Below the pieces are notes generated by a model. The model did no database searches. It was given only the letters and a program-made list of their open reading frames with translations, and had not been told where the DNA came from. The translations under genes and the position numbers were made by a program. A DNA stretch of 37,678 nucleotides from Neolecta irregularis DAH-3 (taxonomy: Eukaryota): the NCBI GenBank assembly GCA_001929475.1, contig LXFE01000207.1, positions 1-37,678 on the forward strand, given 5' to 3'. Positions 11,737 to 24,432 of this stretch are shown piece after piece (position 1 is the first letter of the stretch; each line of letters begins with the position of its first letter).

Positions 11737-14700
11737 TCATAAAAGGTGAGATAAATCGAAAAATTGCTCAAAGCGCATCATACCAGCACCCTCCTCCGTT
11801 TCGCGATCGCTCAAGGTAACACTGTCCCCGGATGGCTTTCTCTTTGGCGAAGTTTTGGACATTGGTGGGACAGGGGATGCTGGCGTTGGAGCATTCAATG
11901 ATAGAATCCGCTCTCTGATTCCGTTGATCTTGATCAGACGTTCTCTCCAATTTGTGACGTATTCCTCCTTGTGATATGCTTGGGCAAATATATCGGCGTT
12001 CAAAGCTATATTGCGTACGAAATTTGGTAATGCTGGAGTGTGAATCATCTTGAACTCGTAGATTGGGCTAGTTTCCGGAAGTTCTGGCTGGCATTGTAAC
12101 TCAACTTTAAACGAAATAGATTCCTGTTCCATTTTGTATGTTCTGGAAGCTGAAGTTGGAGTTATGATGATATTGACGAAATTGAACTGTCCTGGAATTG
12201 TATCGAAATGATACGGAATTCCAGAGTCGTTATAAATAATATTGACGAACGAATTTCCGATATGACGTTTCTTCATTGTGCATTGAGGATCGTGTTCAAG
12301 ATCTGTAGGCATCAAAGTGCAGGTATGATAGATAATTTGCGTGATCTTGTCGCTCCAAAAATATGCAAAAGCGCCGTCGTGGTTATCTTCGGTATCTAGA
12401 CCTCCTGTGTAGATATCTTTGTTGTCTTTCAAGAGTACAAGATTTCCAAGCCCACTCAAGAACTCCATGTACTCACAACTTCCCACTCTGTTGGACAGAA
12501 TTTGTTGTTCGGTAGTCTGCCCTTTTCCGACGTACAAGACCCCCATTTTATGGAAATTGACAACAGGAATGCGATCGAAGACAGAGATACTTCGTCGAGT
12601 ATTGTCGTCATCTGGCAATGGCATTGGCTTTGCATTCGGCAACATATTTGGACGAGACATCAACTGCATGATGAAAAACCCAGGTAACATAGGTTGGCTC
12701 ACGGCATGCACATTACTCAAAGTATTATCTCAGAAATTAGCAGCCTCAAGTATTAAGACATACTTCCTGCCGATGATGATGATGAAAGTGCCAGTCCTGG
12801 CTTAATCACAGACTTGAACGTGTATCTACCTGTCGTTGCCTATTCGTTAATTGCAAATTGAAAACATGACCAGAAGACATACAGGCCGTCTAATAACAAC
12901 ATCAAAGGAACTGCTTGGTCCGTGGGAAGTTACTGTAATCAGCGAGTTCCCATATATCCACGTTTTGGTCAAAGATTCTGCAACATACGTATCGGGATTA
13001 GCTGAACGCAATTCGACATCGGTAAAACAGAACCATTCTAGCAAATCTAGCATGGCTTGATTCTGTTCATCAATCTTTTCTGACGACGAATTCGAGTTCA
13101 ACAACCCGCGAACAATGGAAGCAAACTGTTTTTGTCTGTCAGGGATACGCATAGCCAGGAACCAGGTCGCTATTACATCGTACGCTAACGTGAAGACGTA
13201 CCTTGAAAGGGCGAGCTGCGCAGTGCTAAGTCGACGATTGCCGTAGGCATTAGACGGACCAGTGGATTTTACTGACTGCGAACGAGTAAGCAAAGTCCCT
13301 GATAGAAAACTCGCTAATCCGTCCGATCTTGAAGGAGACGAGTTTGTATGCGATATGTACTGATGAGCGATTCCGAAAAGCATCCGGAAATCTCCTTCCG
13401 TAAAGTTGACGTAAATATCAGGAATACGAGCTAGGCCGATCAGAAATTCCAGGATATGTACACTCAAAGGCGTCGAGGTAATCATGCGAGCAAGTTTAGG
13501 TAGGATAGCTGGCATTCGTTTACTCATCGACAGTGGTAGCTCATAGCAACAGATATATAAAGCATGTATGGCGGCTTTGGCGGATTGCTTCCATTTTTCC
13601 AAGACCATCTCGAATGCCTTGACGATGTCGTCTTCCTGTGATTTTTGAAAAATATCATGGTAACTTATAAGGACAGATATGATTTGGACAAGATGGGAGA
13701 TTAGATGATCCTGTCGAACTTCTGCGGATAGTCTTAGGTCAGGAAAATCTACATTTAGTAGCTGCGAACATAATAAACGCTGAAGTGAGTCAATCTGAGC
13801 CTTTGAGGAGCAGAACAGATGTTTAGAACTGAGTTGCGCGCTGAGTCGACTAATTATTAAAAAATAGATATCCCCAGATTTTTCCGATGTCAGAATACTA
13901 ATAACCGTTTGCAGCCAATTTTCGATCGGCAAAAATGTCTCTAATCGCTCTGAAGACGGATCGATGACATCTTCATCGTCGAGAATAACCTCCGGCTTGA
14001 TATAAGATATCAACCAAGCATTCGGCTTGACACATCGATCATCGCTCGACAAAGAGTATTTCAGAAGATGACTGATGGTAGAATGCGGAGAACAGGATTG
14101 GCTGCCAGAGGACACAGTTTTCGACCGCGAGCGAAGGGGGGAATTATCATTCTCTGACCTTCCTTTCTGGAGATCCGACCGAAAAGAATGTGTAGATTTT
14201 CGACGTTCAGGGCCATTTGAAGACTCGTTGCGGCCCACTGAAAGAGCACCAGTGTCTTCAACGTAAGGTGAAATCGAAAGAAAATGCCTAGAATTGGCCC
14301 GCAGCTGCAATAGAACATCTATTACCGGCGCACGTAATTGAGACGGTAAACCAAACATCCCGGCAACCTTCAAGAGCACATCATATACCTTGAGCGTTCT
14401 TTTTCCGTCAGAAGCTCGACAACATGTTCTGAAAATATCAACAAGGCCTTCTGCAGCTGGTTCTTGAACACTGAATCGCTCAGCACATGAAAGAATTCCA
14501 CGTTTATTCTTTTTTTCGTTTGTTAAGGTAGAATCCATCGATTTGGTGGATGGTCGATGAGACAACAGTGAGAGATCAACAAGTTGATCATCGAACGCAT
14601 AAATGCATCCAGCCAGCAGATTTATGATTTTATCGAACGTAAGATCATTACCTACTCCCGATACGCCCACGGCAAAGTCAAGGAGTCGTCGAAAAACTGC

Positions 14701-16380
14701 GGAATCCCTCTCTTGCTGCATTTCTTGAAAGAGCGACATGATGATTGATACCAAAGGAGTCATGAGATCCGTATCTTCCATAAGGCTGGCTGACTCGTAA
14801 ATGACAGCGAGAAGCTCGACAACTTGAATGCGGACAGCCTGTTGTACAGATTCAGGCCAGTAGAAAGTGTCAACAAGTTTCTGCGTGTTCTCGATCCATT
14901 CCAGACACGAGGGTAGGCAGAGATTATCATGCTCAAAATATGAGACAACTTTGATGGCGAGATCTATTGGAAGATAGCGACCGATTGTGGCTAGAAAATC
15001 CACGAAGCTCTCTTCAGGACCTTCGAAGGAAGAAGTCTCAAACTTTTGATAAATCGTGCTTATTGACGATCCGAGGGCATAGCAGAGTAAAAGATTCATG
15101 TCGCAATCGTCTGTTACATCTTTTTCTGCGGGAAACTGTTGCAGATTCGCAGGTAGCTGCGAAAGGTGCTGTGACAGTAATCGTATTATTCTCAGCACAA
15201 GATCCCAATCGCTATATGACAGTTGATTGGCCGCCTTAGTATGTTTCACAAGTCGTTCGATGGCTATCGAAACGTCCAAGTTGACTGAAACTCGGCTCTG
15301 GATGACAACGCTCTCTATTGCCAACAAGGTGCCGGAAACAGAAACATCTGGCATCTCAAATTCCTCATTCAAGGTGACTCGACAAATCAGCTTGACCGCG
15401 CCTCTTAGCGTCGATTCGTGCATTTCACCCCGCGAAGATTGTAGGAATTCTCGTAATATAACGAGTGTGTTATTTGCCATATGGCTTTTGAGAAGATTGC
15501 GCAAAATGCTCCAAACTGTATCTACATGGGTTTCATGTAAGATAGCACTACATAATATCTCCATTAGTAAACGCAAAAGGACTTTTGAGACATGGCCATA
15601 GCGGATAAGCGCATCAATGAATACAAGACAATCGTTGGTATCGGTTTCGTTTCTCGTACGTTTGCCGACTGCTATAACATTACGTACAAGTTGATCGAGA
15701 CCCTTTTCGTCGAGCAAGGCGAAATTGAATTTGATGATCTTCGTGAGTAGCTTGATCAGATTGTGGAGAGTAATGTCTGGCAGTCCAATGGTCGATGGCA
15801 AATTTGTATGAGCAAATTTCCGTCTATCATTGACCATGTCATAACATGTGATAATCCAGGCTGATAGTAGATTTGGAAGGTGTGAACCGAATGATGAAAT
15901 GTCATGGCCGTCGTTAGTGAGAACTTCCAAAGCCTTCAAAAGTATTTCAAAATCTTCTCTGAAAGTGTTCTCCTCAATTGCTGTAAAGAACTGGTGTCGA
16001 TCTAGCTCTCGAAGTTGAATCCTACTTCGAATACAAGCGATCATGAGTTCATAGACAGCCAGGCGGATTTCAGGGATAGGAGCGCGAGTCAAGTGCTTTG
16101 CGGCTGCCCAAATAGGAGTAATACTTGCTAAAGCGAAATCGTCTAGCAGTTTGGTCAAAATATTGATGGAAGCGAGTTGAACTTGAGGATTTCGAGCGAC
16201 CTGAATCTCATTTACCAATTCATACAGCTGAATAGTCTCCTTTTTTGGCTCTCTTTGAGTTTCCGCAGGCATTGTAGCAGGAGATCCCGAAGCAGATACA
16301 GTGGAGTTTCGTAAGCTTCTCAAAACATTAAACAACCTTCTTTGACGCGGAGGTTCCGCTGGTGTCTCTGAGGCTGCCAT
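11737..16380 (-). CDS. TSC2: Tuberin (TSC2), Rheb GTPase-activating protein, 2 introns
   Basis: 1177-aa exon with tuberin-domain motifs (IHALYICCYELPLS, VHILEFLIGLARIP, LAYDVIATWF). C-terminal RapGAP-type domain (HKMGVLYVG, YTGGLD, IIYHTCTLMP, KKRHIGN). Introns 12840-12882 and 12729-12763 link the two ORFs. Confidence 0.93.
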
Positions 16381-16676
16381 TCACGCTAGACAATGTACGA
16401 CACTCTGATGTTTGACTACAGATGTTGAGTCAGATCATGACCAGCAGATGAATAGTCTGGTACCCAGGTCGCATACGCTTTCTCTAGAACGGAGTCGTTG
16501 TACCGAAGAGCAAAAAGTAAGTCTTCAGCGGAATAGGAATCAAAAGGAGCGAGAGGAACCCGTATTGTGGACCCCCGAGATCTGAAGGCTGTGAGACTGA
16601 GGGGTGTGGCTTCGATTTGAACCAATAATGGTTCCGAGTCACCACCAGAAAATTGCCTATTCCGCACATCGCCAGT
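16381..16676. promoter_or_regulatory. Putative bidirectional promoter region for TSC2 and CSE1 (296 bp)
   Basis: Head-to-head start codons at 16380 (minus) and 16677 (plus). No specific motif identified. Confidence 0.55.
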
Positions 16677-19600
16677 ATGGAAGCGCAGCTGCTTCCTTGC
16701 CTCCAGCAAACCCTGAATCCTGTCACAGCAAGGAGAGGTTGACCCCCAGTAATTTCTGCAGCACTGATTATGCAGCCGAGCAGGCTTTACGCTCTGCAGA
16801 GTGTCAATCCGGCTTCGCAATCAGCTTGTTGAAACTCGTTGCTTCATCCAATGTTGATAATTCATCAAGGCAAGCGGCTGCGTTATTTTTTAAAAACTTC
16901 ATCAAAAGAGCCTGGAAGGTTGGTATATGGTACGTCGATTACTGATAAAAAAGGACGATGAAGGAGACAATCGCATTCCGGCAGCAGATTGTGCTGCCGT
17001 GAAGTCCGAGATAATTGGTCTAATGATCTCTTTGCCTCCAATACTCCAAGTTCAATTAGGAGAGGCTGTCACTATTATTGCCGATAGCGATTTCCCAGAA
17101 AATTGGCCAGAGTTGATGGATGTACGTGGCTTCAATTTATCCATTCATTTCTTGACATACAAAGGATTTAGTGTCACGCCTAAGTCCAGATGATATGGTG
17201 GTTAATAATGGTGTCTTGCAAACCGCTCATTCAATCTTCAAGAGATGGAGGTCCCAATTTCGTTCAGATGTATTGTTTACGGAGATTAAATTTGTTCTCG
17301 ATCGATTTTGCAATCCGTTCTTCGATCTCCTCAAAGTACCCGCTGATGCCTAATATAGCTGGATTGCTGATCGTCTCAGAGAGTTGACGAGCTAATCGAA
17401 CAGAATGCGCGCAATGCCGCTGCTCTGAGAGTTTTGTTACAAACTTTATTCCTGATATCCAAAATTTCATTCGATCTCAATTGCCAGGATCTTCCGGAAT
17501 TTTTCGAGGACAACTTGACTCTTATATTTGGGACGTTTCATAAATATCTTACGTATACAAATCCTCTCATGGAAACAGACGTACATGTGTTATTATTATG
17601 CATGACCTAACCTTACAGGATGATGAGGAAACTGGGCCTATTGAAAAAGTTAAAGCAAGTATTCTCGAGCTCGTCGATCTTTACACTATGCGTTTCGAAG
17701 AAGATTTTTCCATGCTTCCAGAGTTTGCCAACACTACCTGGACACTCCTGACGTCGACTGGTCTTGAAATGAAACACGATATAGCAAGCTCATTCATTAA
17801 TGAAGACTAACAAGAAGCTTGTTAGCAAAGCACTCAGTGTTTTGACTTCTGTATCCAAAAGCGCAAAGCATGCCGCCCTTTTTGCATCCGAGGATGTCAT
17901 GCGACAAATCGTTGAAAAGATCATTCTGCCGAATATGTCCCTGCGGACAAGTGACGAGGAGCTTTTTGAAGAAGATCCGATCGAGTTTATTCGCAGAGAT
18001 CTCGAAGGTTCCGATAGCGATACAAGAAGGAGAGCTTCTGCCGATTTTATTCGTGGACTGATGGACAAATTTGAAAGCATGATTACTGGCATTGTCATGA
18101 GCTACATTCAGCATTATTTAAACGAATTTCAGGTCAATCCAACGGCGCATTGGAAATCACAAGATACGGCAATATATCTCCTAACTTCCATCTCTACTAA
18201 AGGCCATATTTCGCAACACGGAGTTACTTCAACCAACATTTTGGTCGACATAGTTGACTTCTTGGACAAGAATATTCTTCCTAGTTTGACGGCACCACTT
18301 GATTCCATTCATCCTATCCTCAAGGTTGATGCTCTCAAGTTCGTTTATACTTTTAGAAATCAAGTGTGTCTATTTCTAAGGAGTCTAACTGACCAGAAAA
18401 AAGCTAACCAAAGATCAACTGGCTTCTGTTCTTCCTCTATTTGTCAATCATCTCGAGTCTAGCAGTTATGTTGTTTATACATATGCTGCTATCTGTATTG
18501 AACGAGTACTTTTCTTAAAGAGAGATAACGCGTTTGTTATCCTTGAACCCGATATTGCACCTCATATACGAACTTTATTGGCAAGTTTATTCAAACTTAT
18601 TGAACGGGGCAACACGACTCAGAAACTGGCAGAGAACGATTTCCTAATGCGATGTACATTTATTTTGTACAATCGGTGTTGCTTACTGTTAAGGTGTCAT
18701 GAGAGTGATTATATCTAGTCACAATGCTGTTGTTCTGCACGCTCAGCTGGCCTTGGCTCATTTAAATGCTATTCTTGTAGAAATCAGCAAAAATCCTTCC
18801 AATCCTCGCTTTAATCATTTCACATTCGAATCACTAGGTGCTCTCATTCGGTTTACGGTCCCAACATCACCCGATTTTGTTTCTCAGTTTGAAACCGCGC
18901 TTATTCCCACCTTTCAATATATACTTGTCCAAGATGTCGCTGGTATAAACGCACGCTAGAAGAATCTAATATTCCCAAGAGTTTACTCCTTACGTGTTCC
19001 AGTTACTAGCACAACTTCTTGAAGCTCACAATGAACCAGGTTTGACAGAACAATATAAATCATTTCTCGTGCCATTCCTTTCCCCAAGTCTTTGGGAAAG
19101 TAAAGGTACCACATTTTTTTAAATCGCCACTGATAGCTTTAAGGAAATATTCCAGCTTTAGTTCGACTTTTAGAGGCGTATCTACTACGTGGCTCAGAGG
19201 ATATCATAGCAGCAAAGCAAATCGAACCACTTCTCGGAATCTTTCAGAAATTGCTCGCATCGAAACTTCATGATCATCACGGTTTCGATCTTTTACAGTC
19301 GATGTTTATTCAACTTCCTCTGTATGTTATTCTATCTTTGAAATTATTAATAGTCTTAGCATAGCCTTACAGCCGTACATAAAGCAAATTGTCATCCTAC
19401 TGTTTACTCGACTGAACGCCTCACGAACTGAGAAATTTACTCAACGTTTCGCATTACTTATATACCTCTTAATGGCTCTCGAAAAACCAGGTTTTGGGCC
19501 GAATTTTGTAATCGCATCTATGGACGAAGTGCAGCCAGGGTGAATTCGTTAAGTCTGGAAAGGAAAACTGAGATCTAGGATTTTTGGACAAGTCTTTGAA

Positions 19601-20096
19601 AACTTTGTTCTTCCAGAAACCCAAAAGATCCACGGCAGTCTAGAACGAAAAACGACATCCATTGGATTGACCCGCCTTTTGGTTGAGTCGGAAGCCATGC
19701 AGGCCGGTGGGCCTTATGCTGAGTTATGGTGAAGTCATTGAGCATTCATAACTCATTAACAGGCATCTAACCCTCATGACAATCTTGAAGCTCTTCGAAC
19801 TACCTCAAGAAGCTTTTGATGGACAAGACATTGAGGAAATTGATCCGGACTTGGATTTCCAGGTATCCTTTGCAAAGCTGGGCACTGCGGCCAGGCTGAA
19901 GCCGGATCATTTTGTGGCAATTCCAGATCCGAAGAGATACCTTGCAGAAAGACTCGGCCAGTCTAATCAGTCCGCAGGGGGAAAGGTAATGCGTGTACTA
20001 TAGGTTTACGCTTATGAACAGATTGCAATTGCAATTCAAACCAGACTTCCTCAAGATGCACAATCAGTTCTATCATCTTATGGCCTTGTTTTCTAA
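16677..20096 (+). CDS. CSE1: Importin-alpha re-exporter Cse1/CAS (exportin-2), 14 introns, one GC-AG
   Basis: MEAQLLPCLQQTLNPVTARRAEQALRSAE, IBN_N motif RQAAALFFKNFIKRAW, DLNCQDLPEFFEDN, ELFEEDPIEFIRRDLEGSDSDTRRRAS, ISKNPSNPRFNHFTFESLG. Stop TAA at 20094-20096. Confidence 0.95.
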
Positions 20097-20224
20097 GAAT
20101 CCAGCACCCTGATTCTAGTCGCATTCATCTTTCTAATTACATTTACATATATACCATTACATGGATGTGACCCCCATATATAACTCTTCTGAGATTGGTT
20201 TTGAATGAAAAAAATCCCAACATC

Positions 20225-22457
20225 TTAAAGAATAAGTTCTTGTGATACCTCTTTTAATTTGGTCCTCGTTCTACGTCGAACGTGGCGGAGCAGACTCATG
20301 ACTGCCGCTGGTGTCACACCCTGAATGCGTTTCGCAGAGCCAATCGTTTCTGGGCGGAACTCTTCAAGAAGCCCAATTTCCTCAGCAGAAAGATGACCGA
20401 TATCTCTGTACTTGAGATCGCTAGGCAAGATGAATGACTCCTCGCGCAAATAAGATCGAACATCAGAAGCCTGACGTGCTATAAATGCAGCATATATACC
20501 TGACTGGTTAGAAGATTAGCAGATATTGCAATACCATCGACACTGAATCGTTGAAGTAACCTCGAGGGTACCTCGGATAATCCTGGCACATAGGGGATCA
20601 AGTCATGCGGCTTGACATGTGCATAGCGCATCATTTGAAAGGCACTGCGTTTGATACCATCTAGGTTAACAGCGAATCCACGAGCACCCCATTCTTGAGG
20701 ACTCAAAACAACCTGTTCAAGGCACTTGCGACCCCATTCAAAAGCGTTTTCGTCTTGTTCGAAAGCTCTCCATCTCGTTTCACCAATTACACCAGCTTCT
20801 CTTCCGAGTCTAGTCAGCCTAGTATCCGCATTATCTGACCGAATCGATAACCGGAACTCCGAGCGAGATGTGAACATTCGATATGGTTCATCTACTCCCT
20901 TGGTCGTGAGATCATCGACTAATACACCGATGTATGAATTAGTCCGTGAAAGTGTGACTGTCGGTTTGGCGAGAGACGACAAACCCGCATTGATACCAGC
21001 GAGAATTCCCTGTGAATTAGTCAAATCGGATAGATTAGTTACTTGCGCAGCGGCTTCTTCGTATCCTGTTGTACCATTTATCTGTCCAGCAAGCCACAAA
21101 CCTTTAATTCTTTTGGTTTCCAGCGTCGAGTTAAGTTCTCTGGGATCAATGTGGTCGTACTCGACCCCATATCCAGGACGAAGCATAGTCACCTTCTCAA
21201 GGCCTGGAATAGTTCTCAACATCTGTTGTTGAACATCCGCTGGCATTGTAACACTTATTCCATTAGGATAAATAACTGGATCGTCAATTCCTTCCGGCTC
21301 GAGCCAGATTCGATGTCGAGTTTTCTGTGGAAATCGAATAACTTTACTTTCAATTGATGGACAATATCGAGGACCCCTGACAGACTCTCTAATATGAATT
21401 GAAAGATGTAGATTCTCACGTAACAAAGTATGAGTGAGACCTGTAGTGAAGGTTTCGTGTGTTTCAAGTTGGTCAACGATATCGACCTGATCATTGAGAT
21501 AACTGAAGGGTAATGGTGGGTTATCCCCTGGTTTAGCCACTAATTGTGAGAAGTCGATCGAGGACTTCGCTAAGCGAGGGGGAGTTCCGGTTTTCAGCCT
21601 TCCAAGTTTGAATCCTGCCTCACGAATCGATTTAGATAAACCAAGAGATGCTTCTTCATCGATCCGGCCGGCTGGATATGCCTGAAGGCCTAAATGTCAT
21701 TACCTTGCCTTGTAAGAACTTTCCAATATGTATTTCTCCGCCAAGGAAGGTACCCGTCGTGATTATTACATGGTTTGTCCAGATGGTCTCACCTGATTCT
21801 GCGCAAATGAGGATGATGATGTTTAGAAGGGTATACCAAGCAGTACACCAGTCACCTGTCCTATTCTTCGACTATTTCCTTCCGCAGCCTGATATTCTAT
21901 AATTAGGTCTCGCACACTCCCCTGCCTTATCGATAGATTTGGGCAAGCCTGAAGCTCCTCTTGCATATACTTTCTGTACAACTTTCGATCTATCTGAGCC
22001 CGAGGTCCCTTTCATATGTCAACTTCCGAGCAATGATGCCTACCCAGACAGCTGGGCCCTTAGACTTATTTAGAACATGGAAAGAAATTCCAGCCTTATC
22101 TTCAACATGAGTTTAGGTAAGAGAACCAGAGCATGCCACAAACTCTTCCACACAAGCCATCCAAAGCATCAATCTCTCTAACTAATGTTCCTTTACCAAT
22201 GCCACCAAAAGAAGGATTGCAACTCATCTCGCCTGTGCTATCAGAGAAACCTCACCCCAAGACGCACCGATTGTATCAAGTTTCTGAGTTAATAAGACAG
22301 TTGACGCTCCAGCTCGTGCGGCTGCTGCACACGCTTCCGACCCGGCATGACCTCCTCCAACAACTAAAACATCAACCTTCGGGACACTCGAGGCAATCGA
22401 AGCGAAAGAGCGGAAGAAGATAGACCCATATCTTTGGCGAATAGAAGTTTGCAGCAT
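20225..22457 (-). CDS. MTO1: Mitochondrial tRNA U34 modification enzyme Mto1 (GidA/MnmG family), 7 introns including one GC-AG and one GA-AG
   Basis: Mitochondrial-like presequence, then [90 protein letters not shown] and [14 protein letters not shown]. Confidence 0.95.
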
Positions 22458-22743
22458 CTAAGAGCAGTTCCACATGAAAGCGCTTACCAATTACAGGCGC
22501 GAAATAAAAGTTTAATATATCGATTAAATTTTTTTTACATAATCATAACAATAATAGATTTAGCATTTCGTCTTTTAGAGATGTATATAATATATAGGGC
22601 ATAGCATCTGGCTCGCATTGGCAGATTTTCGAAATAGGCCTGTGAATTTCGGAGGTCTGGCAGAACCGTGCCTAATCTCCGCCGCGGGCTCAACGTTTCC
22701 GTATTGCATTGTTGTCTTTCTTTCTCCACCAATTCCATTCCAG
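22458..22743. promoter_or_regulatory. Putative bidirectional promoter region for MTO1 and VRG4 (286 bp) with AT-rich, TATA-like tracts
   Basis: Head-to-head start codons. TATATAATATATAG near 22585. Confidence 0.5.
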
Positions 22744-24218
22744 ATGTCTAGCTCAGAACCAATTAGAATGAATCGAATGATCGAAGATGATGATGAACCC
22801 AGATCGAAGACATCCATTTTGGGGAGTTCTTCAACTCTACAGCAATTTCTAAAGTACTTGAACCCCTGATCGAACAATTGAAGAAATATTGGACTTATAC
22901 AACTGTAGCTCACCTTCCTCATCAATTTTCTCCTACTGCGCTGCGTCAATTCTTATGACTCTCACGAATAAATACGTAGTATCAGGTTTAGACTTCAATC
23001 TCAACTTCTTCCTGTTGTGTGTGCAGGTAGGAATTTTCCGAGGTATTACAAGGCCACTGATGCGCGCTTAGAGTCTTGTGTGTACAGCTGCAATTGCTCT
23101 CTGCAAAAGGTCCAACCTTATCACTTATCGTGATTTCAATTCCACGGAAGCTAAGAAATGTTCGACCCTCACTTTTCCGGAAATAACAATTCCTAGGGCT
23201 TCCGATCTCTTGTTTGTTAGTCGTCATGATTTATACCAGTAGTAAAGCGTACTAGGCGTTTCAGGCGAACCTAATAATGTAGACTTCAGTTTCTGTCAAT
23301 TCCGGTCTACACCATCTTTAAAAATTTAACCATTATTCTCATCGCCTACGGCGAAGTTCTGTGGTTTGGAGGTTCAGTTACAGGGCTGGCACTCTTTTCA
23401 TTCGGATTGATGGTTTTATCCTCAATTGTTGCCGCCTGGGCCGATATTAGCGTTGCTGTAACGCAGTATACTTCCACAACCGATATCATTAATGCTGGAT
23501 CCATTACCATGAGCAGTCTCAATGCTGGCTACTTTTGGATGTTTGTGAATTGCGTCTCCAGTGCTACATATGTCTTGAGCATGAGAAAGCGTATAAAAAT
23601 CACCAATTTTAAAGACTTTGATAGTGCGTTTCTTTCAATTTGATCTGCTAATTTATTCTTTAGCAATGTACTACAACAATATGTTGAGTATTCCAATCCT
23701 CTTTGTCTGTTCAATCTTCTTAGAAGACTGGTCAACTTTCAATGTTGAAAAGAACTTGTATGACTTTCTTGTCATCATACAAATTAAATTTAAGTCCTTC
23801 TGGCGAACGCTTCGCTTTATTATCCGCAATGATCTTTTCCGGACTCTCGACCATCGGTATCAGTTATACTTCTGCATGGTGTGTTCGTGTTACATCTTCA
23901 ACGACCTACAGGCATGATTTCTGTTCTTTGAGTTAGACTGACCGCTCAGTATGGTCGGTGCTTTAAACAAATTGCCAATCGCTCTATCTGGTCTCCTATT
24001 CTTTGATGTTCCCGTCACATTATTCTCTGTAACTGCTATTTTTATTGGGTTTGTAGCCGGTCTTGTTTATTCAATTGCCAAAATGTATGATTCTCGGGTT
24101 GTTTCCACGTATATACTAACAGTGAAGTAATCAACCGAAGTCCAGTGGTCCTGTTCTCCCTACTACCAACATCAGCAGCGCTAGCAGCCAAAGCGTTCGA
24201 GATGCAGTGAAGATGTAA
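22744..24218 (+). CDS. VRG4: Golgi GDP-mannose transporter, 8 introns, one GC-AG
   Basis: [76 protein letters not shown] (GALNK motif). Introns 22854-22908, 23027-23071, 23160-23196, 23249-23282, 23624-23663, 23758-23794, 23912-23949 and 24085-24127. Confidence 0.93.
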
Positions 24219-24432
24219 AACCTTTACCCATTTTATAGTAGTGTTTAGGGAAGCGTCTATGAACAAAACCACAATTGTATACGATAATTATTTCTGAAGT
24301 ATACTCAGAATACCTTCAGGAGGATTTATGAAATCTCTTTGGTTTATTGGAGTACTTGGGATACGTTGGTGCATTCGCGTGACTACGACTACTGAGTCCT
24401 TTGTTTCCTGACTTCACTCTTTCAAATTTGGG

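Noticed and set aside
11537-11740. 67-aa ORF whose ATG overlaps the TSC2 stop (ATGA), resembling bacterial translational coupling
   Set aside because: No recognisable motif, lies in an AT-rich 3' region of a eukaryotic gene, and its length is within chance expectation.
16416-16820. 134-aa minus-strand ORF across the TSC2/CSE1 promoter
   Set aside because: It overlaps CSE1 exons 1-2 antisense, has a non-ATG start and shows no recognisable features.
20225-22457. GidA/MnmG gene as possible bacterial contamination or horizontal transfer
   Set aside because: It has seven spliceosomal introns and a mitochondrial-type presequence, as expected for nuclear MTO1.
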